This document shows, piece by piece, positions 50,257 to 61,210 of a DNA stretch of 64,000 nucleotides. The first letter of the stretch is position 1. Each line of letters opens with the position of its first letter. The notes beneath the pieces are model-generated. The model saw nothing but the letters and a program-made list of their open reading frames with translations, was not told where the DNA came from and did no database searches. A program made the position numbers and the translations under genes. This DNA comes from Bacteroidia bacterium (GTDB lineage Bacteria > Bacteroidota > Bacteroidia > M30B66), in NCBI GenBank assembly GCA_965279035.1, contig OZ257142.1:1088001-1152000 (forward strand), in the 5' to 3' direction.

Positions 50257-50347
50257 ATCTTGATTCAGAATTTTGCTGCAAGTTTACCCAAAAAAATCAT
50301 TTGAGAATCGCCTTTACGCAGGAAATCGTATTCAGTTTAATTTTTTT

Positions 50348-50935
50348 TTACTGCATGAGGAGTAAAAACACAAAAAGATACACCCAAAGTCCATCGAGAA
50401 AATGCCAGAAAATGCCGCAATGACGAACTCCTGCATAGTTTTGTGAAGTGTATTTTTTATTTAGAGAATTATAAAAAATAACAGAGGCATAAAGAATAGC
50501 AGAAATTATATGGGCTAAGTGAACACCCGATAAAATATACATGAAACTACCTGCCGGATTTGCCGATTTCCCTGCAAAATATACTCCTCCATGAGTTAGC
50601 TCTCTCCAACCTAAAATTTGTGTAATACAAAATGCAATTCCTAAGGCAATGGTAATTCCTAAGGCAAGTGTTACTTGACTAGTTTGGTTTTTCTTAGCTA
50701 AAATCAAAGCCCAATTGATGCTTGCACTTGATGCTAAAATAATTCCTGTGCTAATCCAAAACATGGTAGGTAAAGTGAACTGAAGCCAATTACCATCTGC
50801 TTGTCGCACGATATAAGCTGATGTAAGTCCAGCAAACAACATCACACTGCTAAATATTCCTATATAAAGCATGTTTCTGTTTACTTTTTCTCTTAACTCA
50901 GCTTCTTCGCGCTTTGATTCCGATAGTGTATTCAT
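50348..50935 (-). CDS. Heme-copper oxidase subunit III-like, second paralogue
   Basis: FAGLTSAY, GVHLAH and FWHFLDGLW motifs. Confidence 0.9.
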   Translation of the reverse strand: MNTLSESKREEAELREKVNRNMLYIGIFSSVMLFAGLTSAYIVRQADGNWLQFTLPTMFWISTGIILASSASINWALILAKKNQTSQVTLALGITIALGIAFCITQILGWRELTHGGVYFAGKSANPAGSFMYILSGVHLAHIISAILYASVIFYNSLNKKYTSQNYAGVRHCGIFWHFLDGLWVYLFVFLLLMQ

Positions 50936-50944
50936 CGAGGGTGT

Positions 50945-51862
50945 TTATAGTTTGTCGAACAGCAATGCCAGCTGAACTACAGGCAAATAAATGAATGAAG
51001 CATACAAAAGTTTACGCGCATCACTTATTTCTAATGTTGTATGAAGTCGTATGGCTTTTATCATGAAATAAATTCCACACAGGGTGATTATGATAGCAGA
51101 TAGGATTCCCGACATTCTGAAAAAATAGGGGAGAAGTCCGAAAGGGATGATGCTTGCTGTGTACACCATAACTTGTAATGCAGACGTTTTAGATCTTCCA
51201 TCCGAAGCAGGAAGCATCTGAAATCCAGCTTTTTTATAATCATCATCTAGCATCCAAGCCAGTGCCCAGAAATGGGGAAATTGCCATATAAATTGAATTC
51301 CAAATAATATTAAGGCTTGAATGCTCATTTCGCCCGAAACAGCAATCCAACCGAGCATAGGTGGAATAGCACCAGGAATGGCACCAACAAAAACAGCAAA
51401 TGGGGTGATTCGTTTAAGTGGTGTATAAATAGCCACATAAGAAACAAGTGCAATCAAACCTAAAATCCCCGATAAAGGATTTACATAAATCCAAAGAATT
51501 CCAATTCCTGCAATTCCAATAATTCCTGAAAAGATAAGTGCTTCCGCATGTGTCAGTCTATCCTTTGGCATTGGTCTGTTTTCGGTCCGTGCCATGAGCC
51601 GATCTAAATCTTTTTCAATGATTTGGTTGAATGCATTAGACGCTCCAGTAACCAAAAAACCACCTAAAGTTAAAATTAAAGCAATGGACCAATCTGGATT
51701 TTTGGCTGCCATTAAATAGGAGACAACTGCAGAAAAAACAACCAAAGAAGCCAATCGGAGTTTAAGCAATTGACCTAAATCACTGACTTTGGAAGTTAAT
51801 GCACTTGAATTTGAAGATTCTGATATTTCGTCTGTCAACACCTTTCTTAGGAATTGCCGCAA
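50945..51862 (-). CDS. cyoE: Protoheme IX farnesyltransferase (heme o synthase)
   Basis: NQIIEKDLDRLMARTENRP, YTPLKR, WQFPHFW and DDYKKAG motifs; start uncertain. Confidence 0.93.
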   Translation of the reverse strand: MRQFLRKVLTDEISESSNSSALTSKVSDLGQLLKLRLASLVVFSAVVSYLMAAKNPDWSIALILTLGGFLVTGASNAFNQIIEKDLDRLMARTENRPMPKDRLTHAEALIFSGIIGIAGIGILWIYVNPLSGILGLIALVSYVAIYTPLKRITPFAVFVGAIPGAIPPMLGWIAVSGEMSIQALILFGIQFIWQFPHFWALAWMLDDDYKKAGFQMLPASDGRSKTSALQVMVYTASIIPFGLLPYFFRMSGILSAIIITLCGIYFMIKAIRLHTTLEISDARKLLYASFIYLPVVQLALLFDKL

Positions 51863-51914
51863 AAATAGGTAAAACCTACGCTCAGCAGACGAATGAACTA
51901 TTTATTTGTTTAAA

Positions 51915-53552
51915 TCAGAAATCATAATACCGATTAGGCAATGTAGTTCTGAAACTGAAGAAAACCCAATTCGTACTTCGGGTAATTTTTGAGTTTTCTT
52001 GTGTTCTTCGAGAAAATGTGAGTTCTAAACGCATGTTCGTGCGCGTATTGATGAGCCACGATACAGTCATATCTGTATAGAGCAAGGTATTTTTAAAACC
52101 TTGTAATACATAGTTCCCATAAATTGAAGGAACCATAGTTGGTCCACTACCAATTTCTGCGGTTCCAGCAAAAATGTTCTGACCAAAATTACTTGTCGTA
52201 CCATTGGAGGATGTTGTATCAGCTCCATATTGAGCAAGTAGGATTTTTCCTTGAAATCCCCAACGTTTGTAACGATACCGTAAGAACTGAACATTCTCTA
52301 TGAAATTCGCACCGAGAGGATGGGCTAAAGGCTGTGCGAAGTGTGTATAGCTTTGTTCTCCAGTAAAATGTCCATACGTATATGGGCGAACAAAATTGAA
52401 TTCATTTTGCCAGACTAGATTTTTTATACCTAAGAAATCATAGAATTTCCAACCGAGTTGAAGGGCTTGTTTATTTGCCCACCAGCCATTTCCAGCTTTC
52501 ACTTCTTTAAGGGAAAACTCATCCAACAAAACCTGTCCGTACAATTGATACTTTTTCAGAATCATGGCTTTGAAATTCATTCCAATAAGCACATTGTCTG
52601 GCGAACCTCTTGAAAACTCTACCGGGCGATAAAAAATAATCGGGTTGAGGTAATTCACATCAAATCCTCTGCGAGCTCCAGTTGTATCTCCTCCTTGCCA
52701 AATAATCGATTCGAACAAACCGATATTCAGCCATTTGGTGGCATTCAAACTTAAATGATGATAGGTAGCAAACTTTTGTAAATAACCGCCAACACCACTA
52801 TTAGAAGCATTTCCAATATTCTGATAGCTAACAAATAAATTGGTGTAGCGCAATTTCCAAAAGGTTGTGCTAATTCGGAAATAGGGTTGATTAAATGCAT
52901 TATCGGATAAAAACAATGAGCGATATCCATCACCAATAAACAACTTGTCATTCCCAAATTGAAAATTGAAATATTTCGAAGGAGAATAGGAAACATATCC
53001 TGTCGCCATGGCATAATCCCAACCATTACTGCCAAAAGGTTTTACTCTTCCCTGCCCAGGTACAACATGATTTTTCTGAATAAAGCTATCTACATAATTC
53101 ACCATACGTCCTTGGTTTTCCCAAACGCTGGAATAGAATGAAACCTTCTTTCCAATATTCCCAAAAATCTGAAGGCCACGGGAATTTTGATACGTGGTAT
53201 TTCCTGTGAGTTGATCTTTTCCAATATCAAAGGAAAAAAGTGGATCAACTGCAATCATATAATCGTTCGAATCGAGCTTTAAAAAATTATCACTCAGTAA
53301 TTTTCTTCCAACCCAACTTCTAGAAAATTTACTGTTTCCTGATTTTATACCTGCTGCTGTATCTGGAAGAATGGATTTACGAATATCCTCCATACGCCAA
53401 GGTTTTACAGCGGTATGCTGATTTGATCCAACAGCATTCATCGCTTTATCAATTAAGTTGTATTGATAATTATCGAGAACAAAATTGCTTTGCTGAGCTT
53501 GAATTCCACACAGAGCGAAAAGAATGAAAATGATTGTTAAAAGTGCTTTCAT
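51915..53552 (-). CDS. RemB-like/Wzi-like outer-membrane beta-barrel
   Basis: FIGDGYRSLFLSD, YLNPIIFYRPVE, QPLAHPLGANF and a terminal F; adjacent to cyoE as in Flavobacteria. Confidence 0.7.
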   Translation of the reverse strand: MKALLTIIFILFALCGIQAQQSNFVLDNYQYNLIDKAMNAVGSNQHTAVKPWRMEDIRKSILPDTAAGIKSGNSKFSRSWVGRKLLSDNFLKLDSNDYMIAVDPLFSFDIGKDQLTGNTTYQNSRGLQIFGNIGKKVSFYSSVWENQGRMVNYVDSFIQKNHVVPGQGRVKPFGSNGWDYAMATGYVSYSPSKYFNFQFGNDKLFIGDGYRSLFLSDNAFNQPYFRISTTFWKLRYTNLFVSYQNIGNASNSGVGGYLQKFATYHHLSLNATKWLNIGLFESIIWQGGDTTGARRGFDVNYLNPIIFYRPVEFSRGSPDNVLIGMNFKAMILKKYQLYGQVLLDEFSLKEVKAGNGWWANKQALQLGWKFYDFLGIKNLVWQNEFNFVRPYTYGHFTGEQSYTHFAQPLAHPLGANFIENVQFLRYRYKRWGFQGKILLAQYGADTTSSNGTTSNFGQNIFAGTAEIGSGPTMVPSIYGNYVLQGFKNTLLYTDMTVSWLINTRTNMRLELTFSRRTQENSKITRSTNWVFFSFRTTLPNRYYDF

Positions 53553-54637
53553 GTATGCGCAGTGTTTCGTCTTTTAATAAGAACTCGGTTCCATAAGAGA
53601 ACTGTAAAAATGATTGCAGGAAGTGGAACACAAATTAAAACAAGAATCAATTCAATATCTTCTTTACATAAATTGAGGAGAAATGCAGTTAAAGCAGAAC
53701 TGATCAATGATAATCCAACAAGAATGAGTGTTGCACCAACATGACTTAATCCGGTTTCTAATAATAAATGATGAAGATGGTTTCGGTCTCCTCGAAATGG
53801 ATTTTTTTGATGAACTATGCGGATAAAAAAAACGCGGACCATATCAAACAAAGGCACAATCATTAAAGAAAATACAATGCATGGTTCATCAGGAATTACA
53901 CTGCCATTGTTACAATGATTGACATAACTCAATTGTGTCATTGCAAAAGCCAGTGTGTAGCCAATGGGTAATGAACCACAATCACCCATGAATATTTTCG
54001 GTTTCAGAAAGTTGAAGAATAGAAATGCCAATAATGCTCCAGCAAAGGCAAAACTAACATGGTAAATATCCGGACCTCCCATTACTCCCATTCCTATAAA
54101 TGCAATCATACCAATACTTCCCGCCAATCCATTTATTCCATCAATTAAATTGAAGGCATTCACAATCCAAAAAGCAACAAATAAGGTAAAAGGCCATTCA
54201 ATCGAACTAAGCCATGTTATTTCGGATGACAATTCATGTATTGGAATCCGGTTGTACCAAGTCATTAATACAATAGGAATTAACTCACCCAACAACTTAA
54301 TAAATGGACTAACGGGTTGCATATCATCCCAAAGACCAACGAAAAATAATATGAGTAAACCAGCTAAGAAATAGCGCAGATGGATGAGCGTATCGGGACC
54401 GGCTATGAGAAAAGTGCTAATTAATAAAGCTCCCATAATGGCCACGCCACCTAATCGAGGAATTTCAGGTGAATGGATTTTGCGTTCATTGGGAATGTCG
54501 AACAACTGTCTGTGAGTCGCAAAACGGATAACAGCAGGTGTTAGAATCAAGCAAATGAAAAAGGCAACAAAAAAAGGCTCCACGCGCGGTGTTGTTCCGG
54601 GCGAAATTAACGGTTTTTCTTTCTGTTCAAATACCAA
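53549..54637 (-). CDS. WecA/TagO-like undecaprenyl-phosphate sugar-1-phosphate transferase (MraY family)
   Basis: RKIH..PRLGG, GLWDD, NAFNLIDGINGL, IFMGDCG and DRNHLHH motifs; start uncertain. Confidence 0.92.
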   Translation of the reverse strand: MVFEQKEKPLISPGTTPRVEPFFVAFFICLILTPAVIRFATHRQLFDIPNERKIHSPEIPRLGGVAIMGALLISTFLIAGPDTLIHLRYFLAGLLILFFVGLWDDMQPVSPFIKLLGELIPIVLMTWYNRIPIHELSSEITWLSSIEWPFTLFVAFWIVNAFNLIDGINGLAGSIGMIAFIGMGVMGGPDIYHVSFAFAGALLAFLFFNFLKPKIFMGDCGSLPIGYTLAFAMTQLSYVNHCNNGSVIPDEPCIVFSLMIVPLFDMVRVFFIRIVHQKNPFRGDRNHLHHLLLETGLSHVGATLILVGLSLISSALTAFLLNLCKEDIELILVLICVPLPAIIFTVLLWNRVLIKRRNTAHT

Positions 54638-55578
54638 CGAATCATCTTCTCCATTCCAAATTCAATACTGTATTTGGGTTTGAAGCCGAGTTCTCGAATG
54701 TAAGCTGCGCTATGATTGGTTTGAGTAATTAACTTCTTAACTCGTTTAGATGATATTTTCAGATTCTTACCACTCAATGCAATATAGAGATCGAATGGCA
54801 TTGCAAGTAGTATTGAAAACCAAACAGGCAAATTCAAGCGAATTTTCTTTCCTAAAAAACCTGCTTGCATATCGGCTATCTTTCTACTACTCAATTGTGG
54901 TTCATCTACATAATTGAAAAGCAATACTCCGCTTTCAATTGAATTCATGGCAAAAATTGCTGCATCTACTATATTCTCTACATAAGCAAGCGATTTAATA
55001 TTATCCGATTTGCCTACATGAAAATACAAACCTTCATCAATCGCTTTGATTAAATTGAGCACATTGGCTAAATTATGTGGACCAAAAACCACAGTTGAGC
55101 GCACAATGATAAGTTTCCTATTAGGATCTTTTTCTGCCCATCGTATGAAGCTTGCTTCCGCTTCTAATTTAGATGCACCATAGGGATTATTCGGAGCTGG
55201 TTTGGTTGATTCACTTGTTGGACCGGGATTACCTTGTGAACCGTATACAGCAACCGAGGAGAAATTGATAATCGTTTTTACTTTGGCTCTTTCTGCTTCC
55301 GATATTAATACCTCAGCCCCTCGAACATTGGTGTCAAAATATTCTTTATCGGCAATGCCGAAATCGTGATGCATGGCTGCCAAATGAATGAGTGTATCTG
55401 CTCCTTGAATTGAATTACGTACATCAGATAAATTGCGAATATCTCCCTGAAAATAAGTAGCATGAGAAGTATAGTCGGGAGTTCTCAAATCCAGGTTATT
55501 TATTTCCCTATCCTTGAATCGTTCCACAAAATAACGTCCGATAAATCCCGAACCTCCGGTAATTAGCAATTTGGCCAT
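54607..55578 (-). CDS. NAD-dependent epimerase/dehydratase
   Basis: ITGGSGFIG, SSVAVYG and YGASK motifs; start MAKLL. Confidence 0.92.
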   Translation of the reverse strand: MAKLLITGGSGFIGRYFVERFKDREINNLDLRTPDYTSHATYFQGDIRNLSDVRNSIQGADTLIHLAAMHHDFGIADKEYFDTNVRGAEVLISEAERAKVKTIINFSSVAVYGSQGNPGPTSESTKPAPNNPYGASKLEAEASFIRWAEKDPNRKLIIVRSTVVFGPHNLANVLNLIKAIDEGLYFHVGKSDNIKSLAYVENIVDAAIFAMNSIESGVLLFNYVDEPQLSSRKIADMQAGFLGKKIRLNLPVWFSILLAMPFDLYIALSGKNLKISSKRVKKLITQTNHSAAYIRELGFKPKYSIEFGMEKMIRWYLNRKKNR

Positions 55579-55637
55579 TGGGCGCGAAGGTACATTCATT
55601 TTTTTTCGATCAATCGGGAAGGGATATATTTGCGCTT

Positions 55638-57059
55638 ATGAGTTCAATCAAACCACTCTTTTCTCCATCTCGCATATTGCTCTTTTTAGCAATCATTATC
55701 TTAGTTATAGTCAATATAATTAACCAAAGTACACATGATACTGGAGATTCGGTGATGCATTTTTTGTATGCTCGTCATGCTATGCATCATCCCATGCTCT
55801 ATCTCGAACATTGGGGAAAACCACTTTTTACTTTGTTGGCATCTCCATTTGCTGTTTTTGGTTGGACTGGAATGAAACTCTTTAATCTCCTCGTAACAAT
55901 CTTAAGTATTCTTTTTTTATCAGCTACTTCGGAGAATTTATTTCCTCAAAGTCGAGGTGCTGCATCATTAATTTTTGTCTCTGCTCCACAGCTCTTATTA
56001 ATTACTGCTAGTGGACTTACGGAACCCTTGTTTGGTTTGTTAATGAGCATTGCCATTTGGTCAGAATCTCGCAAACTATTTTGGTTAGGTGCTTTGATCA
56101 TATCATTCAGTATTTTTTCTCGTTCCGAAGGACAAATCATCCTCATTATCTGGTTATGTTGGTATATCTATCAAAAACGTTGGAAGGAAATTCCACTCTT
56201 TTTTATAGCTTTTTTCATTTATGCTATAATTGGCTATTTCTCAAAGTATCATGATTTCTGGTGGTATTTCACCAAGAATCCATACGAACAACCACGATTT
56301 GTTTATGGATCAGGTCCTTGGGATCACTTTCTAGTAAAATTTATAAGCATTAGTGGTCCTGTGCTGCTGATACTTGCCATTTTGGGAGTTTTGGGTGTAC
56401 TTATTAAATCGCTTCCAGCTTTTTTAATGAAGAAAGACCAAAAATCTAGCGTATTAGTATTGGCTTTTTTAAGTGTAGCAGGATTTCTATTCTTTCATTC
56501 CTATGCCTGGGCTAGTGGGCGTTTTGGCTCTTATGGATTGATGCGTGTTGTTATGGGAATTTATCCTTTAACAGTTCTTCTTATGGTCTTTTCATGGCAT
56601 GAATTGACAACCATTCTGAAAGGGAAATGGAATATGATTGTGCCGTATTTGATTCTCTTTATAGCGATAGTTTTTCCTTTTGCTGGGATGAACTATTCCA
56701 TTAAAGAGAGTGAATTGAAACAACATCCTTCTCTATTGCAAATGCAGGAATGTCTAGCTGATTTGAATAAATTAACCTATCCAGCACTTATTTCGGCAGC
56801 TCCTTTACCAGCATTTGTTACAGGTGCGGATTATTTTGATGACAAAAAGTTTAGGTACCTCAATTCAATAGAACTACCTTATTCACCTGAAGGTTCTATA
56901 ATCGTTTGGGATCATCACTTTGCTGGCTCCGATTTAAAACTTCCTGCCCATTTATTCCTAAGTGAACCTTCACGTTTCGAACTCATCAAAACCTGTGTTC
57001 CTAACCCAGGGCAGAAAGGAGATTCAATCTTGATTTTTAAGCTTTTGATAGCTCAATAA
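55638..57059 (+). CDS. Polytopic membrane protein, probable GT-C-fold glycosyltransferase
   Basis: Acidic DTGD loop after TM1, WGKPLF, TEP, R.EG, many TM helices; next to the epimerase and WecA-like genes. Confidence 0.65.
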   Translation: MSSIKPLFSPSRILLFLAIIILVIVNIINQSTHDTGDSVMHFLYARHAMHHPMLYLEHWGKPLFTLLASPFAVFGWTGMKLFNLLVTILSILFLSATSENLFPQSRGAASLIFVSAPQLLLITASGLTEPLFGLLMSIAIWSESRKLFWLGALIISFSIFSRSEGQIILIIWLCWYIYQKRWKEIPLFFIAFFIYAIIGYFSKYHDFWWYFTKNPYEQPRFVYGSGPWDHFLVKFISISGPVLLILAILGVLGVLIKSLPAFLMKKDQKSSVLVLAFLSVAGFLFFHSYAWASGRFGSYGLMRVVMGIYPLTVLLMVFSWHELTTILKGKWNMIVPYLILFIAIVFPFAGMNYSIKESELKQHPSLLQMQECLADLNKLTYPALISAAPLPAFVTGADYFDDKKFRYLNSIELPYSPEGSIIVWDHHFAGSDLKLPAHLFLSEPSRFELIKTCVPNPGQKGDSILIFKLLIAQ

Positions 57060-58290
57060 TCGTAATCTCAGGTTTAATTCCAACACGACCGAGATATCCC
57101 AAAAAGCCTAAACCGCGATTTACATAGATGTGCTGATTTCCATCTTGATATAATCCAGCCCATTGCTTATAAACATACTGTGATGGACTCCATTTAAACC
57201 CAGGAATTTCAATTCCAAACTGGAATCCATGTGTATGACCAGATAAAGTTAGGTTGATGTCTTTGTGATCTTTTAAAACTTGAGCATGCCAATGGGAAGG
57301 ATCGTGTGAAAGCAAAATCTTAACTGGCATTTCGGGCATTCCAGCTTTCGCTTTTACAATATCTCCTTTTCTTGGGAAACGTAAAGCTTCACCCCAATTT
57401 TCCACACCCAATAAACCAATCTGATCACCATTTCGTTCCAATATTCGGTGCTCATTGTTGAGCATGTCCCAACCCATTTCTTTGTGAATGTCTTTTAAAC
57501 GTTGAAGATTGGCTGCTTTTGCTTCTCTTGAATCCCATTCTACATAATCGCCATAATCATGATTTCCTAAAATCGAATAAATTCCTAATGGCGCACTTAA
57601 TTTCTTCCATGTTTCTATGTGACGTTCCGCTTCTGCCGATTTATCATTGACTAAGTCGCCCGTGAAAAAAATTACATCGGGTTTCTCATTCATAATCATC
57701 TCAACCGCCCGTTTAAAAGGTTCTCCACTTGCAAAAGATCCACTGTGGATGTCAGAAATTTGAACAATCTTCAATCCTTCAAAGCCTTTGGGAAGATTAG
57801 CAATGGGTATTTTATTACGGCGGATGGTAAAGTCGAATGCTGTTTTAATCATTCCATAAATCATTGAAGTAAATGGAATGGCAGCAACAGTAAGTGCTGT
57901 ATAACTGAGAAATTTCGCTCGACTGATTCCTCCCGATTTTACACCATCACTTGGTAAAACTCCTTGGTTGAAAAAACCAATCACCAATCGAACTAAACGT
58001 TGTATATCATCAACCAATAAAAAAACACTACCAAAGAGTTTACTGATTACAACAATGAAGATGAAACAGAAAACATAGAGATAGATGTATTTATTAAACC
58101 AAGGATTTTGGTAAGTCAATAAAGAAAATACTCCAAAAACAACACTGAAAGCGCTAAATCCCCAATAAATGCGAAACGTCCAGAATCTTCTGATTTCAGA
58201 CCATCCACTTGTAATGGTTTTTACAGCTTGAAAAAAATAGAAATCGATAAGCAGCAGAACTGCAAATAGGATAATAAATCGAACGAACAT
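57037..58290 (-). CDS. Membrane-anchored calcineurin-like metallophosphoesterase
   Basis: SDIH, TGDLVN, GNHD and SGHTHG motifs. Confidence 0.93.
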   Translation of the reverse strand: MFVRFIILFAVLLLIDFYFFQAVKTITSGWSEIRRFWTFRIYWGFSAFSVVFGVFSLLTYQNPWFNKYIYLYVFCFIFIVVISKLFGSVFLLVDDIQRLVRLVIGFFNQGVLPSDGVKSGGISRAKFLSYTALTVAAIPFTSMIYGMIKTAFDFTIRRNKIPIANLPKGFEGLKIVQISDIHSGSFASGEPFKRAVEMIMNEKPDVIFFTGDLVNDKSAEAERHIETWKKLSAPLGIYSILGNHDYGDYVEWDSREAKAANLQRLKDIHKEMGWDMLNNEHRILERNGDQIGLLGVENWGEALRFPRKGDIVKAKAGMPEMPVKILLSHDPSHWHAQVLKDHKDINLTLSGHTHGFQFGIEIPGFKWSPSQYVYKQWAGLYQDGNQHIYVNRGLGFLGYLGRVGIKPEITIIELSKA

Positions 58291-58357
58291 GAAAGTAGCC
58301 AAAGGTTCTGAATGTGTGCGTGTTTGTCAAATGGCATGCAATTCGGGCAATACAAGC

Positions 58358-59179
58358 ATGCAAGTACCCGAACAATTAAACTCCGGAAAGGTTTCGACCG
58401 CAAACATAAAGGATTTACACCTTTCCAAACAGCCAGAAAGTACATTGGAAGAGGAGCGACGTAAAGTCGTATTTAGTGCCATTTTTGCCGGATCACTCAT
58501 TATTGTACTTTGGATTGTCAAAATCTATGAATGGTTTTTCGATCTTGATTTACATCAACTTGCTTTACGTCCGAGAACACTAGAAGGTTTATCAGGAATC
58601 TTTTTCGAACCCTTGCTTCATGGAGATTGGAGTCACCTCATTTCGAATAGTGTTCCTTTGTTTCTGCTCCTCATGGCCACTTTGTATTTTTATCGTGGAA
58701 TAGGATTCCGTGTTTTAGGCTATATCTGGATTATTACAGGAGTTGGAGTTTGGCTTTTTGCCCGCGATAGTTATCATATTGGTGCCAGTGGAATTGTATA
58801 CGGCTTAGCTTCCTTTCTTGCTTTAAGTGGTGTTTTAAGAAACGATACGCGTTTAATGTCTATATCGCTACTGATCATTTTTCTTTATGGAGGAATGATT
58901 TGGGGAGTACTTCCATTATTTCAACACATATCTTGGGAATCCCATTTGGTGGGTGCTTTAGCCGGAATATTTTGTGCTATTCGTTATCGTAAACAAGGTC
59001 CGCCCATTCGTAAATATTTTGAGGATGAAGAAGAACTCGCTCCTTCACCAGAAGTACCAGAAGAAATGGGGCCTTTTCTTCCTCCAGATTTCCATCCAGG
59101 TCATCCTTCGCATGTTCATCCCGGAGGATTCTATTATCGATATGTACCCAAACAAACAGAAGAGGAATCAAAACCCTAA
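58358..59179 (+). CDS. Rhomboid intramembrane serine protease
   Basis: LHGDWSHLISN, HIGASG and SWESHLVG motifs; start uncertain. Confidence 0.9.
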   Translation: MQVPEQLNSGKVSTANIKDLHLSKQPESTLEEERRKVVFSAIFAGSLIIVLWIVKIYEWFFDLDLHQLALRPRTLEGLSGIFFEPLLHGDWSHLISNSVPLFLLLMATLYFYRGIGFRVLGYIWIITGVGVWLFARDSYHIGASGIVYGLASFLALSGVLRNDTRLMSISLLIIFLYGGMIWGVLPLFQHISWESHLVGALAGIFCAIRYRKQGPPIRKYFEDEEELAPSPEVPEEMGPFLPPDFHPGHPSHVHPGGFYYRYVPKQTEEESKP

Positions 59180-59188
59180 CTTCGCGGC

Positions 59189-61063
59189 GTGAATTATTTA
59201 CAGGTAGATCGTCTCTCCAAGTCGTTTGGAGAAAAAGTATTGTTCGAAAACATCAATTTCGGATTACAACAAGGCCAAAAAACAGCACTCGTAGCTAAGA
59301 ACGGAGCCGGAAAATCAACTCTTTTACGCATCCTGATGGGAAAAGAGATAGCCGATGCAGGCGATGTTGTTTTTCGTAACGATTGTGAAGTTGCCTATCT
59401 GGATCAACATCCACCATTCGAGCCAGAGCAAACCATTGTGGAAGCTGTCTTCGCTTGGAAAGATCCTCGTTTGGAAGCTATTCGAGAATATGAAGAATTA
59501 CTTGAAAATGATCCCGAAAGTGAGCGACTTCATGATGTGATTCAAAAGGTGGATGATCTCAAAGCTTGGGATATGGAAGCCAAAGTGAAGGAAATTTTAG
59601 GGAAACTTGATATTCATCACTTGGATCAGAAAATGGGACAGCTATCGGGCGGTCAGCGGAAACGTGTGTCACTAGCGGCCTTGCTCATTCGTGAACCCGA
59701 TTTGCTTTTACTCGATGAGCCAACCAACCACTTGGATGTGGATATGATCGAATGGCTCGAAGGATACTTGCGACAAAGTAATCTTACCTTGTTAATGGTT
59801 ACCCACGATCGGTATTTCCTCGATAATGTATGTACTGATATTTTAGAAATAGATCGTAAGTCGGTATTGCGTTACAAAGGAAATTACGCCTATTACTTGG
59901 AGAAGAAAGCGGCTGCTATTGAGATGTTTAACAGCGAAGTAGAAAAGGCGAAAAACACATTCACCAAGGAATTGGAATGGATGCGAAGAATGCCGAAAGC
60001 TCGCGGTACAAAGGCGAAATCACGTATCGACAGTTTTTATGAAGTGAAGGAAAAAGCTTCACAACGACGAAATGACGATAAGGTAGAATTGAGTGTAAAG
60101 ATGAATCGTTTGGGAGGAAAAATTCTCGAACTCATCAAGGTGTCCAAAGGATATGAAGGTAGAACGCTCATTCAGCCATTTACCTATACGTTTATCAAAG
60201 GTGAGAAAATCGGGATTGTTGGGAAAAATGGTTGTGGAAAATCGACTTTATTAAAGTTGATTATGAGCCAATTGGAGCCTGATTCCGGTAAAATTGTGGT
60301 TGGCGAAACTGTGATTTTCGGTTACTATTCGCAAGATGGAATGAAGCTGGCCGATGATAAACGGGTGATTGAAGTTGTGAAAGACATTGGTGAATATATT
60401 CCTTTGGCAAATGGTACAAACCTCACGGCATCACAACTTTTACAATTATTTCTCTTTCCACCAGAGATTCAATACACGTATGTTTCTAAGCTAAGCGGTG
60501 GTGAAAAGCGTCGTTTGTATTTGCTCACGGTGTTGATGAAGAATCCAAACTTCCTCATTCTCGATGAGCCAACCAACGACCTCGATATTCAAACACTCAA
60601 TATTCTTCAGGATTTCTTAGAGAATTTCAGTGGTTGTGTATTGATAGTTTCGCATGACCGTTTCTTTATGGATAATCTTGCAGATCATCTATTTGTGTTT
60701 GAAGGTGGTGGTGTGATTCGCGACTATAACGGAAACTACACCGATTATCGCCAAGAGCAGGCTGTTTTGGATAAAGCGAGTAAATTAGAACCAGCAGTTG
60801 TAGATCCAGTTCAGGTTATTGCTCCATCAGCTCCTAAGAAAGAGAAATCGAAACCGAGCTTTAAAGAAGTCCACGAACATCAACAACTCGAAAAGGAAAT
60901 TCCTCAATTAGAAGAACGTCTTGCAAGCCTAACAGCAAAGCTTAACAGCGGCATTTCTGATCATGTGGAATTGCAAAAGATTTCTCAAGAAATAACCGTG
61001 CTTTCTAATCAAATCGAAGAAAAGTCGATGCGTTGGTTGGAGCTTTCTGAGATTGTTGGATAA
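59189..61063 (+). CDS. ABC-F ATPase (Uup-like)
   Basis: Two nucleotide-binding domains (NGAGKST/NGCGKST, LSGG, LDEPTN), no TM segments, and a C-terminal coiled coil. Confidence 0.93.
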   Translation: MNYLQVDRLSKSFGEKVLFENINFGLQQGQKTALVAKNGAGKSTLLRILMGKEIADAGDVVFRNDCEVAYLDQHPPFEPEQTIVEAVFAWKDPRLEAIREYEELLENDPESERLHDVIQKVDDLKAWDMEAKVKEILGKLDIHHLDQKMGQLSGGQRKRVSLAALLIREPDLLLLDEPTNHLDVDMIEWLEGYLRQSNLTLLMVTHDRYFLDNVCTDILEIDRKSVLRYKGNYAYYLEKKAAAIEMFNSEVEKAKNTFTKELEWMRRMPKARGTKAKSRIDSFYEVKEKASQRRNDDKVELSVKMNRLGGKILELIKVSKGYEGRTLIQPFTYTFIKGEKIGIVGKNGCGKSTLLKLIMSQLEPDSGKIVVGETVIFGYYSQDGMKLADDKRVIEVVKDIGEYIPLANGTNLTASQLLQLFLFPPEIQYTYVSKLSGGEKRRLYLLTVLMKNPNFLILDEPTNDLDIQTLNILQDFLENFSGCVLIVSHDRFFMDNLADHLFVFEGGGVIRDYNGNYTDYRQEQAVLDKASKLEPAVVDPVQVIAPSAPKKEKSKPSFKEVHEHQQLEKEIPQLEERLASLTAKLNSGISDHVELQKISQEITVLSNQIEEKSMRWLELSEIVG

Positions 61064-61210
61064 AGTTTAGGTGATTAAAAAGGATTAAAAGAATAGGAAA
61101 CAATAAATTTTTTTTTAACAGTGTTTATAGTTTACACCAAGACACATTGCTAGAGTAATTCCTTAAAAACTAAATTATTATAGATTAATTTTAGGTTTAG
61201 ACACTTATCA

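Noticed and set aside
47658-51862. Incomplete oxidase operon lacking subunits I and II
   Set aside because: A separate cyoE-coxIII-coxIII-coxIV-SCO-DUF420 cluster is a familiar arrangement in aerobic Bacteroidota; the other subunits are probably elsewhere.
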